Of a DNA stretch of 64,000 nucleotides, positions 1 to 12,156 are shown piece after piece. The DNA is from Mobula hypostoma (lineage: Eukaryota). Both the position numbers and the translations under genes were made by a program. The stretch lies in assembly GCF_963921235.1 (NCBI RefSeq), contig NC_086108.1:113772001-113836000 (forward strand), given 5' to 3'. A model generated the notes under the pieces. The model was not told where the DNA came from. It searched no databases and worked only from the letters and a program-made list of their open reading frames with translations. Each line of letters begins with the position of its first letter. The stretch's first letter is position 1.

Positions 1-75
1 GTGAAATACGTGGTTTATTTTATTATTTCAATTATAAACTTTATTTCTGCTAAAAATGTGTTAAAAGACTTAGCA

Positions 76-1671
76 CTAGAACTTCACCACCCTCCTGTGC
101 TTGAGTGCTGAGGATACTTTAATGAGCTCATCTTTGTCCAGCGATCTTGTTATTTCATGCTCAATTGATATCTGAGCAAGAGCTGACAGATGCTCCTGGA
201 GCATCGTTGTCATCAGATGCATTTTGATGAGCTTTAGCCTCGAAAAACTTCTCTCTCCGCAGTAGCTCCGACATTTACTTGGCATGTGACAATGTGCAGT
301 GTCAGAGAGCTGCTCTATGTGTGCAGCGTCAGTGGTGCAGTCCATTATCACCAAGTAGTAACGTGATTGTTTTACTGTCTCTGTTATCACTTCCAGTGTC
401 TTGTCTCCAATAAGTGTGATTAACTCATTTTGTATGGTTTTCCCCATGTAGTGGTCAGCAATCTCTTTTTTCTCTGCTCATCTAACATGTTCGCTCATCA
501 CTGGGTCGAACCCAGCAAGCAGCTCCACCAGACCTAGAAAGTTCCCATTATTTGGTTCATGTAGGGTGGAATTGTGGCCACGGAAAGCAAGGTTTCATTC
601 TGCAAGGTGACAGACTATGGCAACGAACCTCTTCATGACATCATTCCAGTGTTTTTTTTCCCCAGCATTTGCATTTCTTGGTACGTGCTGTCAATGGCAC
701 TGTGCGTTCTTAAGCGTGTTTCCGGCTCGCGCCAGCTATCCATGTTGGCACGGTGCGCATTTGACTTCTCATGATCCTGGAGTATGAGAGTGAGTCGCTC
801 CCACACTCTGAAACCTCCGCAAGTGAGACTGTGATTTCGCTTGCCAAATAGGGTACAGCAGAAACAGAAGATTGAATCAGATGATTCTGAGTACACTAAC
901 CATGACCTACGAATGGTTTCTCCATTTTTCATCTTCATAAAGTATCTGTCCTTGGTAAAACGACGGCATGACTGGCTCTGTGGAAAGTCAATGTCCTCTA
1001 ACTGAACAGGACCTCTCCTAACAATGGCCAACATGCCAGATCAGTCTCTGTGAACGTTAGTGCGGCTTTCTCTCTGCCTGGCGTGCTGGTGGCGGCATCT
1101 CCCTCACCTGTCTCAGTTGTAGGACTGTCATCATGCTGTGGTGCTTGTTCATCAAACAAAGTTTGGTCATCATTATCACCATCTGTTTGAGTAGAATTGT
1201 TCTTCTCATTTTCATTGCTCTGATTATGAACATCTCCTATACCGCTTACACTGTCACTTGGCACTGCAGCCCCAAGCTGTGACGATGGTGCAGCAGCAAC
1301 TGCAGTCAGTGGGCCTTTTACAGATGCTGCACCAAAGAAAGATGTAACTTTTGGGAGACTATTTAGACATTTTGTTTTGTTGTCTAATATTTTCCGTTTT
1401 TCAGCACCACTAGGATAGGAGCATTTCATTTTCCTCTCACTGAAAAGTAGCCTTTTCTGCCAGGAGCAATGTTTACAAGTGAAGTAAATATTTTAATGTA
1501 TTTTCTCAGATGTCAGTCAGCGAGTACCCACTGGTGGTTTGGCTGGCAATAGCAAGAGAATATTGTGGTGGCTGGGAGCTGTGCATTAAATTTTTGCATG
1601 TCAGTCGGGGGCCCCTGGGAGGGCGGGGCCCGTTTCAGTTGAAATGGGTGAAACATAGCTAAGGCCACCAT
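76..1671 (-). mobile_element. Decayed hAT DNA transposon (ZMYM1/DUF4371-like transposase, frameshifted and internally deleted)
   Basis: ORFs 998..1429, 633..1034 (TTF-type zinc finger 'RSWLVYSESSDSIFCFCC') and 76..447 (DUF4371 piece joined directly to the hATC dimerisation motif 'GERSFSRLKLIK...LSALAQISIE'). Right boundary approximate. Confidence 0.8.
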
Positions 1672-2089
1672 ATGCATGCAATACTCCAGGTGCAGCCTCA
1701 CCAGTACCCTGTACAGTTACACCATAACCTCCCTGCTCTTAAATTCAATTCCTCTAGCAATGAAGGCCAACATTCCATTTCCCTTCTTGATAGCCTGCTG
1801 CACCTGCAAACCAACATTTTGTGATGCATACACAAGCACTCCCAAGTCCCACTGCACAGCAGCGTGCTGCAATTTTTTACCATTTAAATAATAATCTGCT
1901 CTTTCATCTTTCCTTGCAAAGTGGATGACCTCACATTTACTAACATTGTACTCCATCTGCCAGACCCTTGCCCACTCACTTAACCTATCTATATCTCTCT
2001 GCAGACTCTACGTATCTTCTACACAATTTGCTTTTCCACTCAATTTAGTATCATCAGCAAACTTAGATACACTACAATTAGTCCCCTCT
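1672..2089 (-). mobile_element. CR1 LINE ORF2 fragment (RT C-terminal region)
   Basis: 'KCEVIHF...DLGVLV...GMLAFIARGIEFKSREV' in ORF 1717..1956. Confidence 0.8.
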
Positions 2090-2858
2090 TGTGGACTTCA
2101 GGACGGTGCAGATGAACCATCCCTCTCCGCAAATACATGGCTCCTCCGTAGAAAGAGCTAAGTGCACCAAGTTCCTGGGAGTTTACGTTACAGATGACCT
2201 CATCTGGTCCCTTAATATCACCTCCCCGAACAAGAAGGCACAGCAGCGTCTTTACATCCTAAGGAGGTTGAAGAAGGCAAGGCTCCACCTTCCTCCCCCC
2301 ACCCACTATTAACTGAATTTTACAGGAGCACCATTGAGAGCGTCCTGACAAGCTGCATCTCCATCTAGTATGGGAGCAGCCAAGTATCGGGCCAGAAGTC
2401 CCTACAAAGGACTGAGAGAGCGGCTGAGAGGATCATAGGGGACTTTTATCAGATGTGCTGCATACACAGTGCCCTTAGTATTATTGAGGATACCGCCCAT
2501 CCGTCCATCATCCTCTTGACTCTCTACCATCAGGCAGGAGACCCTGATGCACAAAAACAAGAACGATCAGGATGGCAAACAGTTTCTTCCCTCAGGCCAT
2601 TAGGCTTCTGAACTCTCTGCCGCATTGCATTCAAAGTGTCACTGTTTAATCTGTTCTGTATCTTACAATATTTAATTTGTGGAACTTGTTTATTTATACG
2701 TAATCCATCTGTAGATTTCATTCTTACCTTCATATGTTATTATTAATGTGTTACGTGTGTAATGTATACTACAGTGCTTTACACCCTGGTTAGGAGAAAC
2801 ATTGTCTTGTTTGACGGTATACATGTATTTCGTTAAATGACAATGAAGTTAACTTGAC
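2090..2858 (+). mobile_element. Rex1/Babar-type LINE 3' fragment
   Basis: 'KFLGVYVTDDLIWSLN...KKAQQRLYILRRLKK' followed by a 3' UTR ending near a short tandem tail. Confidence 0.7.
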
Positions 2859-2859
2859 T

Positions 2860-4005
2860 GTGCATAGCAGGTCATCTTTTAACAACTTGATTGAGTTTGA
2901 CAAGGTGATGAGAGAGATGGATGAGGATAGGGTAGTGGATGTTGCCTTCATGGATTTTAGTAAGGTATTTAACAAAGTCCCCCATGGTTGGCTAATCCAG
3001 AAGATGCATGGGTCTGCAGTGAATTGGCTGGGAAGATTTGCACAAAGAAAACTGAGGGTAGTGGGTGAAAGGAGTTATTCAAGCTGGAGGTCTAATTAGT
3101 GGTGTCGCACAGGGATCTATGCTAGGGCCTCTGCTTTTGTGATGTATATAAGTGACACGGATGAAAATGTAGGTGGGTGGGTTAGTAAGTTTGTGGATGA
3201 TATCAACATTGGAGGAGTTCTGGATAGTGCAGAAGACTGATAAAGAATACAGCATGATAGAGACCAGTTGTAGATATGGGCAGAGAAATGGCAGTTGGAG
3301 ATTAACCCAGATAAATATGAGGTGTTGCACCTTGGTAGGAGATTGGCAAGATCCTTAACAGTGTTGCTGAGTAGACAGATTCTACGATCCAAGTTCACTG
3401 CTTTCAATAGTCGAGACAATAAGTTCAAAAGTCAAGAGGTATGTTGTAACTTTATAAAATTCTGATTAGGAGTACTGCAAACAGTTCTGGTTGCCCCACT
3501 TTTAGAAGGATGTTGAGGCTTTGGAGAGGGTGCAGAGGAGGTTTACCAGGATACTGCCTGGTTTAGAGGGCATATGCTATCCTGAGAGGTTGGATAAACA
3601 TGGATTATTTTCTCTGGAACAGGAAAGTTGAGGAAAGATCTGATAGAGGTTTATAAGATTCTGAGAGGCATAGATAGAGTGCATCTGTTTCCCAGTGCTG
3701 AAATGTCTAATACCAGAGGGCATGCATTGAGGGTGAAAGGGGATAAAAATGCAAGGGAATGTGAGGGTAAGTTTTTTCACTCAGAGAGTGATGGATGCCT
3801 GGAATGTACTGCCTGGTATGGTGGTAGAGATAAATACATTGGAGGCTTTTAAGAGACGTTTGGATGGATGTAGAAAAGATGGAGGGTTATGGACATGGTG
3901 TAAGTAGGAGAGATTAGTGTTTGGGTGGTTTTGATTTGCTTTTTAGTTGGTTCGGGAAAACATTGTGGGTCAAAGAGCCTGTTCCTGTGCTGTGCTGTTC
4001 TATGT
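2860..4005 (+). mobile_element. Degenerate CR1 LINE 3' portion
   Basis: 'VDVAFMDFSKVFNKVPHG' and 'DLIEVYKILRGIDRV', with the CR1 3' end 'cctgtgctgtgctgttctatgtt'. Confidence 0.8.
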
Positions 4006-4256
4006 TTTAAAGGAACATCCATCTATTGTGAGGCCATGCCTTCTGGTCCTAGACTCCCACACAATTGGAAACATCCTCTCCATATCCACTTTATCCAGAC
4101 CTTTCGATATGCGATAGGCTACAATGAGATACTTCCCAACATTCTTATAAACTCCAGCGAGTACAGGCCTGGAGCCATCAAATGCTCCTAATATATTAAA
4201 CCTTTCATTTTTGATATCATTCTCGTGAACCTCCTCTGGACTCTCTCCAATGCCAC
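4006..4256 (-). mobile_element. CR1 ORF2 C-terminal fragment
   Basis: 'KGLDKVDMERMFPIVWESRTRRH' in ORF 4000..4269. Confidence 0.7.
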
Positions 4257-4473
4257 TGTGGTGACCCACTTTCTACACAAGCGAACTGGCTCACAAAATA
4301 GCCCCCGCACGGGGAGAGACTTTTGTAATGCACCTCTGATGTCATTTCCGCCCGGAGAGGGCTGGAAGGGAACTGCATAAAAGCTGTGCCGCGAAGTTTG
4401 AATAAAGTAGTCTCAGTGCAACTTACCGACTGCATGCAGTTACTGCTAGCTCTGTGTGTCGCACATCGCTACA
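4257..4473 (+). repeat. 5' LTR of Gypsy element A
   Basis: TG...CA termini (tgtggt...ctaca), AATAAA at 4401, immediately followed by a PBS and gag. Confidence 0.75.
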
Positions 4474-4474
4474 C

Positions 4475-4488
4475 TGGTGACCCCGACG
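4475..4488 (+). promoter_or_regulatory. Primer binding site complementary to the tRNA-Trp 3' end
   Basis: TGGTGACCCCGACG matches the reverse complement of the vertebrate tRNA-Trp 3' end (CGTCGGGGTCACCA) and lies 1 nt after the LTR. Confidence 0.75.
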
Positions 4489-6534
4489 GTCCAAATGGGA
4501 TTTGGACCAAAGATGATCGACTCTTCTTCATCTGTTCACACAGTTTTGCTAAAACTGCCAACTTTCTGGACGCTGCGACCACGCTTGTGGTTTGACCAAG
4601 CAGAAGCCCAGTTCCAGATTCGGCAGATATCTTCGGATTCCACATGTAACTATTACGTGGTGAGCTCCCTTGACCAGGAGACAGCCGCACGGGTTGGGGT
4701 TTTCATACAGTCACTCCCCAAAGAAGGCAAATATGCAGCATTCAAAGCGCTGCTCTTAGAGACCTTTGACCTCTCACAGCGTGAGTGAGGTGCCTGCTTG
4801 CTGCACCTGGATGGTTTGGGAGACAGGCCGCCGTCAGCATTAATGAACGAGATGCTGGCTCTGGCTGAAGGACACAAGCCCTGCCTCATGTTTGAGCAGG
4901 CGTTCCTAGAACAACTGCCCGAGGACACACATCTGCTGCTGGCCAACGCAGATTTCAGTGACCCCCGGAAGGTGGCGGCCCGGACAGATGTGCTGTGGAA
5001 AGCCAAGCGAGAGAGCGGGGCATCCGTCAGACAGATTACCAAGCCACGCGCCCAACAGCAGGCCAGACCAGGCCCGGCAACGGAGCGCACACAACTCAGA
5101 GGCAGGAGTGAGGAGGCCAACGCACAGTGGTGTTTCTACCACCAGCGGTGGGGCACAGAAGCCCACCGTTGTCACCCACCCTGCAAGTTCCCGGGAAACG
5201 CCACGGCCAGCTGCCGCTAATGGCTATGGCGGCTGGCCACTAGGACAGCCTCTTGAACGTCTGGGACAAACGGTCAGGACGCCACTTCTTGGTCGACACC
5301 GGAGCGGAGATCAGCGTCTTACCCACAATGGGGTATGACACCTGCAACAGGGAGACAGGACCCACCCTGAGGGCCGCAAACAGCAGCACGATTCGGACCT
5401 ACGGGACCTACGGCACCTGCACAGTGCAGCTACAGTTCGGCGCCAGCCATTTCATGTGGGACTTCACACTGGCCACCGTGGCCCAACCACTCCTGGGGGA
5501 GGACTTCTTGCAAGCCCACGGATCGACTTGCAAGGGAAAAGACTGGTCCATGCCAAGACTTCCTAGAAGTTCTCCCTGAGTGAAGCCAAGTTGCCAGCCC
5601 CACATCTGGACTCCATCATGCTGTCTGACAACGAATTCACCAGAATCCTGGCAGACTTTTCATCGGTTCTGGCACCGCAGTTCACGGCAGTCATGCCCAG
5701 ACACGGAGTACAGCACCACATTCCGCCCCAGGGACCACCCCTCCATGCCTGCGCATGAAGGCTCCCCCGAGACAAGTTCTGCCTGGCAAAAGAGGAGTTC
5801 AAGAGGATGGAGGAATTGGGGATCATATGGCGATCCGACAGCCCATGGGCCTCCCCCTTGCACATGCTGCCCAAAGCAGCCGGGGGCTGGAGACCATGCG
5901 GCGACTACCGCAGACTGAACGAAGCTACAACTCCAGATCGCTACCCCGTGCAGCACATACAGGATTTTGCAGCAAACCTGCATAGGGCAAGCATCTTTTC
6001 CAAAGTAGACCTCGTCCAGGGGTACCATCAAATCCCAGTACACCCTGAAGACATCCTCAAAACAGCACTCATCACCCTGTTCAGCCTGTTCAAATTCCTC
6101 TGAATGCCTTTCAGCCTGAAGAATGCTGCACAGATGTTCCAGCAACTAATGGATGCGGTAGGCCGCGACCTGGACTTTGTGTTCATCTATTTGTTTATTT
6201 TTATTGAAGGAATGACACAATACAGAATATATAATGGATTACATTTTCCTCCATTTTGCTTTAGTATCGTACCCCCAAAACAAACCTCCCCCCCACCCGC
6301 CCTCCCCGAACATATCATGGCAGCTAATATATCTACAACACAACAATTCACAAATACAAGTACGGACATTTCACAACCGTACCCCCACACTACTTCAATA
6401 CGACAGCTCGTACACATCTGCAACATGTCAGATGATCCAAAATACACTCATATTTACAATTCATCAACCACCCTGTGAGGTAAATTATAAGTGTGTTAAA
6501 TGGGAGGCAACTTCCTAAGTACAATCAAATGCCC

Positions 6535-9500
6535 TCAACTAGTAGGTAATTCCTTAAGACTCCCAAAATATGATAAGAAAGGTCTCCATTTCGAATAGAA
6601 CTTTTTCACAGACCCCCTCAAAGTGAATTTAATCTTTTCTAATTTCAGAAAAAACATTACATCTTCTAACCAAGCAGCAGCAGTTGGGGGAGTGGCAGAT
6701 TTCCAAACCAGCAAAATTCTCCTACGGGCCAATAGCGATGTAAATGCAATGATATCCGACTGGCTTGCATTTAAACCCAAATCATCATCTGCCACACCAA
6801 ATACAGCTATAAGCGGGCAAGGTCTCAGTGTCACCCCCAAAACCTCACTGATAATTTTAAAAACCAGTGCCCAATAGTCATCAAGCCGAGGGCATGACCA
6901 AAATGCATGTATTAAACCAGCCGGAGAGAAGGAACACCTGTCACAGCCAGCGTCTGTCCCAGGGTATATGTCTGCCAGTCTGGCTTTACTTAAATGTACC
7001 CTGTGTAAAACTTTGAATTGTATGAGCCCCAGTCTAGCACATGATGATGAGAAATGAACCCTATTCAATACTTTTGCCCAATATTCTTCCGCAAGGTCCA
7101 TACCGAGGTCGTCCTCCCACCTACTCTTAGTTTTGTTTAGATCTTGAACTCCCAAAGACATCAGCTGAGAGTATAGTTCAGAAATCAGCCCCTTATTGTT
7201 AAAGCTAAGAGTGAATTTTTCCCATAACATAGCAGGTGGTAGAACAGGAAAAGAGGGAAATTTTTCCTTGACAAAGTGGCGAATCTGCAGGTATTTAAAA
7301 AAATGATTATGCGGAAGGCCATACTTACCGCGCAAGTTATCAAAACTATCAAATATGTTATCAGTATACAAATCCTTAATGCGCATAAGACCATTCAAAC
7401 CCCATTGTCTAAAAGCTGAATCGAATGTGGAGGGAGGAAATAAATGGTTTTTATGAATGGGGCCCAAAACTGAAGCTGATATGAACTTATAGTGGCAGCG
7501 AAATTGATTAAAAATTTTGAGGGTAGAGAGCACGACCGGGTTAGATGTGAATTGAGAGGATTTCAATGGTAAGGAAGAATACACCAAAGCTGGGAGAGAC
7601 GAGGAGTGGCAAGACCGTGACTCAAGCAGGCACCAGATTATATCTGGCCGGTGAAGCCAAAATATACTTTTTGAATGTTCGATGCCCAGTAATAATGAAT
7701 AAAGCTGGGAAGACCATTCCACCTATGTCACGACCTCTTTGAAGAATGCGCTTATTAACCCTTGGGACCTTATTTTCCCAAACAAAGGAGGTTATAGCTT
7801 GATCAACTGATTTAAAAAATAACTTAGATAAGAAAACTGGCAAACACTGAAACAAATAGAGAAATCTAGGAAGTATAGTCATTTTCACTGACTGAATTCT
7901 CCCAGCTATAGTAAGGGGTAAACTGCGCCATCTCTCGAAATCAGCCTTCATTTGGCTAACCTGAGGCCTGTAGTTAGCTTCAAACAGAGATGTAAAAGAG
8001 CGAGTAATATGTATTCCTAGGTATACAAAACCATCTTGAGATAAAGGAAAGGGCAAGGATTCCTATCGGATCTGTAGGGCCAAGTTATTAATGGGAAAGC
8101 ATTTGCTTTTTTGAAAGTTCAGTTTATAGCCAGAGAAGGCTCCAAACTGACCTATTAATGACACAATAGCAGGACTACTACCTATAGGGTCGCTAACATA
8201 AAGTAAGAGGTCATCAGCATATAGGGAAACACGGTGTTCCATGTCCCCTCTTCTAACACCTTGAAATAATGTAGTTGACTTAATTGCAATAGAAAGAGGC
8301 TCAATTGCAATTGCAAAAGAGGGGACAGTGGGCAGCCTTGGCGAGTGCTACGTGTTAATGGGAAATAGCCAGATCGAAAATAATTTGTCTGTATACACGC
8401 TGAAGGCGAGTGGTATAATAGCTTAACCCAAGCTATAAATATTCTGCCAAATCCAAATTTCTCCAAAACACTAAATAAGTATACCCATTCCACTCTATCA
8501 AATGCCTTCTCCACGTCCAAGGCGATAACAACCTCTGGACTTGGAGAATCACTCAGTGAATAAACCACATCAGCCAGTCGACGGATATTAAAAAAAGAAT
8601 AGTGATTTTTAATAAAACCTGTTTGATCATCTGAAATTATCTTGGGAAGGGGATGTTCTAAATGACATGCAAGCACTTTAGCCAAAATTTTCACATCTAC
8701 ATTCAAAAGTGAAACGGGGCGATATGATCCACATTGAGTCGGGTCCTTGTCCTTTTTAAGAAGTAGTGAAATAGCTGCCTGTGAAAGAGAAGGGGGTAAG
8801 GAGCCATTCTCCAAAGATTCCTGAAACACTTCTAGAAGAACCGGTGTGAGCTTATCCTTAAATTTCTTATAAAATTCTATTGGATAACCATCAGGACCTG
8901 GGGACTTACCACTCTGCATAGCCATAATGGCATTATTAATCTCTTCCTGCCCAAGAGCCCGATCTAGGTTCTCCACTTCCTCTGGTTCAAGAGTTGGTAT
9001 TTCCAATTTATCTAAAAAACGTTCCATATTTGTTTTATCTGAGGGGAACTCTGAGGCATACAGAGAGGAATAAAAAGTTGCAAAGATGTTATTAATCTCT
9101 TTTGGATTGCTTGTCAAGTTCTGGTGCATGTCTCTTACCTGAGGAATAAGTCGTGATGCAGCTTGACGTTTCAACTGATGAGCCATAAGCCGGCTCGCCT
9201 TGTCACCATATTCATAATAGAGGCCACGTGTCTTAAGAATTAATTGTTCTGATAGGTTTGTAGATAGAAGATTAAACTTCGCTTGCAAATCAACCCGGCT
9301 TTTATATAATTCCGCAGTGGGTGCCTCAGAGTATTTTCTATCCAGGTCCCAAATAGATTTCAATAACACTTGCATTTCCTTCCTACGCTCTTTATTGGCA
9401 TGTGAAGTGTAAGATATTATTTGACCCCTCAAGTAAGCTTTTAAAGTTTCCCAAAGTAAAGAGTACGATACCGACTCAGTTTTGTTAATCTCGAAGAATG

Positions 9501-10332
9501 TGTCAATGTTAGCCGATATATAACTACAAAATTTCTCATTAGAAAGCAAAAGGGGGTTAAGTCTCCACAGAGGCCGTTCTCTAACGTTTAAAGGAAAACA
9601 TAGGTCCAGTTTCACGGGCGAGTGATCAGATATAACTATAGCAGTATATTCAATTTGTCTAATCATAGGTATCAAGGAATTATCTATAAAGAAATAGTCT
9701 AGCCTGGAATAGGAGTGGTGAACATGAGAGAAGAAAGAGAATTGCCTAACTGATGGATTCAAAAATCTCCAAAGATCCATATAACCATTTTGTTGCATAA
9801 ACATCGAGAAGGCCTTTGCCATACCAGAAAATGTTCCCCTAGGGCAAGACCTATCAAGCAGTGGGTCAATAGCACAGTTCAAATCTCCGGAAAAGATTAG
9901 CTTATGTGTATTCAGGTTAGGTATTAATGACAAAACCCTATTTGCAAATTGGACATTGTCCCAATTAGGAGCATAAACATTTACCAAAATAACAGGTATC
10001 TGAAAGAGAGAGCCAGAGACTATAATAAAGCGACCATTAGGGTCACTGATTACATCAGATGGTGTGAACTGCATTCTTTTGGTGATTAATATTGCCACCC
10101 CCCTGGACCTACTATTAAATCTGGAATGAAAAACCTGACTAATCCATGCTTTACGAAGTCTATTATGGTCCTCCACTCTTAAATGTGTCTCTTGTAGAAA
10201 TAGTATATCTGCTTTTAATTGTTTCAGATGAGAGAAAACTTTAGCTCTTTTAACCGGACCATTAAGCCCCTTTACATTCCAAGAAATAAACCTCACAGGG
10301 TGGCCTCCATCAGCTGCACTCATGTTAACCAT
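6535..10332 (-). pseudogene. L1 ORF2p (APE endonuclease, RT, C-terminal Cys-rich region), disrupted
   Basis: 'SWNVKGLN', 'FLQETHL', 'SDHSPV', 'KSPGPDG', 'RQGCPLSPLL', 'CDRC...HAFWSC', split across ORFs 8182..10464, 7622..8056 and 6535..7722. Confidence 0.88.
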
Positions 10333-10966
10333 ATCAAAAGACACACAGGGCCTACAATCCAAAACAGTGCGAGGGTATAAGTTGCACACAATAACGCACA
10401 ATGAAAAGAAAGTCTGATCAATCCGCAACACACAAAAGAATAAACTGCCATGGTAATCCCCCAAAACACTCCCCCCACCCCTTTACACAAACGAAAAAAC
10501 CCAATTAACCCCCGAAGCCTAGATCTACCTCCCCAATTGAGGATGATCGCAGGCAGTACCCAACAAAAAACTTCCAAGGCGTTCCCCATACAACCCAACT
10601 TTCAATCTAATTTAGGGTGGCTCCCCTCCTTAAAATTTATCCTATCACTTATACTACCTTTAATATAATATATAGGCTAAAGATAACACAGGTCAAGCTA
10701 AGCATTAAAAACAAAAAAAAACACACTGGGCAACTTAAACACCTGAGATATAAATCCCAAATATTTACATTTTGCTGGTTGAAAGTTTTTGTTAATCAGT
10801 TTCGGCAGCATAGCAGTTCGACCCGATCGCGTTCCACAAATTAAACTGGAAAAAATGAACAAAGAAGTGGATTGTGAAAATTAACAGTTTGCTTCGGCAT
10901 GAGGCCCCTTCAATGCTGCACGAATAACCTAAAAAAAAGTCATTGCTCTTCTCGTTCTTCTTCTCC

Positions 10967-11848
10967 CTAGCGCGAATGGTAAAACTCTTTGGCCGCCTCT
11001 GGTGTATCGAAATAATACTTTTTACCTTCATGCATGATCCGGAGCTGGGCGGGATACAAGAGGCCGAACCTGACCCCTTTCCCGTAAAGCAGGGATTTCA
11101 CCTCCTTGAAAGCTGCTCGTTTTTTACCCAGCTCCGCACTAAAATCTTCATAAAAAAACACGCGGTGTCCGCGGAAATACAGCTCCTGCTTCCGTCTGTT
11201 GATGATGCGTTGCTTATCTTGAAAGGAGTGAAAGCAAACCAGGAACATTCTTGGTCTCGTTTGCTTGGCTCCAGAGACACCGGATGGTTTATGTCCGACT
11301 CGGTGAGCACGCGGAAGTACGAGAGGACTTGGGAAAAAATCTGCCCCCAGCATTTCGTCAAAAAACTCGGTCATAAATTTAACAGGGTCCGAACCTTCCA
11401 AATTTTCAGGAATGCCGACCACTCTCAAATTGGATCTCCGCGACCGATTTTCGAGGTCATCTAGCTTTCCCTTCAGAAATGCGTTTTCGCTCTGCAACGC
11501 TGCAATGGCGGCTTCGGCACTCACCAGTCGGTCACTGTAATCATTCAGGCCATCTTCAACCCCACGAATGCGTTCATCGTGCGACTCGTAAGCAGACATA
11601 ATTTGTTCTATGGCAGCAGTCACTGGTGATACAGCATCTTCAAGTTCTCTTTTTAGGGCAGAATGCACCGCTTGCGTCATGTCAGTAATAAGTACTAAAT
11701 GAAGCCTCTCCAAGTCAGCGGGTAGGGCAGGTCCGGGTCCAGCTCCAGCAGCGTGCAACGGCGCCATTAATGTAACATCCGCCTTCTTGCTCGAGGCTTC
11801 GCTATCTTTTTCCCCAGTTTTACTTCGAAAGTACATTCTACTTGCCAT
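10967..11848 (-). CDS. L1 ORF1p (coiled coil, RRM, CTD), open frame of 293 aa
   Basis: 'LDDLENRSRRSNLRVVGIPE', 'RAHRV', 'FFYEDFSAEL', 'LLYPAQLR'. Confidence 0.85.
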   Translation of the reverse strand: MASRMYFRSKTGEKDSEASSKKADVTLMAPLHAAGAGPGPALPADLERLHLVLITDMTQAVHSALKRELEDAVSPVTAAIEQIMSAYESHDERIRGVEDGLNDYSDRLVSAEAAIAALQSENAFLKGKLDDLENRSRRSNLRVVGIPENLEGSDPVKFMTEFFDEMLGADFFPSPLVLPRAHRVGHKPSGVSGAKQTRPRMFLVCFHSFQDKQRIINRRKQELYFRGHRVFFYEDFSAELGKKRAAFKEVKSLLYGKGVRFGLLYPAQLRIMHEGKKYYFDTPEAAKEFYHSR

Positions 11849-12156
11849 TTCAATGTCCAGCTATGTCCCGCGTTGTTCACAATGGTAAGTATCCAGTTAT
11901 CTCGAGCATACGGCAAAGATAAACAGGTAGATTTTCAATAAAAATCGGGAGCCACACTCACACGCACCAACTCACTCCATACTCTACCCCGGAAGTCGTG
12001 TTCATCTATTTGGACGACATCCTCATAGTCAGCAGTAGTCATCAGGCACATCTGTCCCACCTCCGCCAGCTCTACTCCCGCCTGGGTGATTTCGGCCTCA
12101 CAATCAACCTGGCCAAATGTCAATTCGGACTCGACACCATTGACTTCCTCGGCCAC

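Larger units (their letters stand above)
6194..11997 (-). mobile_element. Full-length L1-clade LINE (~5.8 kb) with 15-bp TSD
   Basis: 5' end GACTTCCGG, ORF1, a spacer of about 630 bp, ORF2, and a 3' AATAAA with a short A-rich tail. TSD GTGTTCATCTATTTG at 6179-6193 and 11998-12012. Confidence 0.92.

Noticed and set aside
76..1429. Domesticated ZMYM1/ZBED-type host gene
   Set aside because: It is frameshifted with a large internal deletion, which fits a dead hAT transposon.
8182..10464. 760-aa ORF as a complete host protein
   Set aside because: It is the EN-RT part of L1 ORF2, ending at a frameshift.
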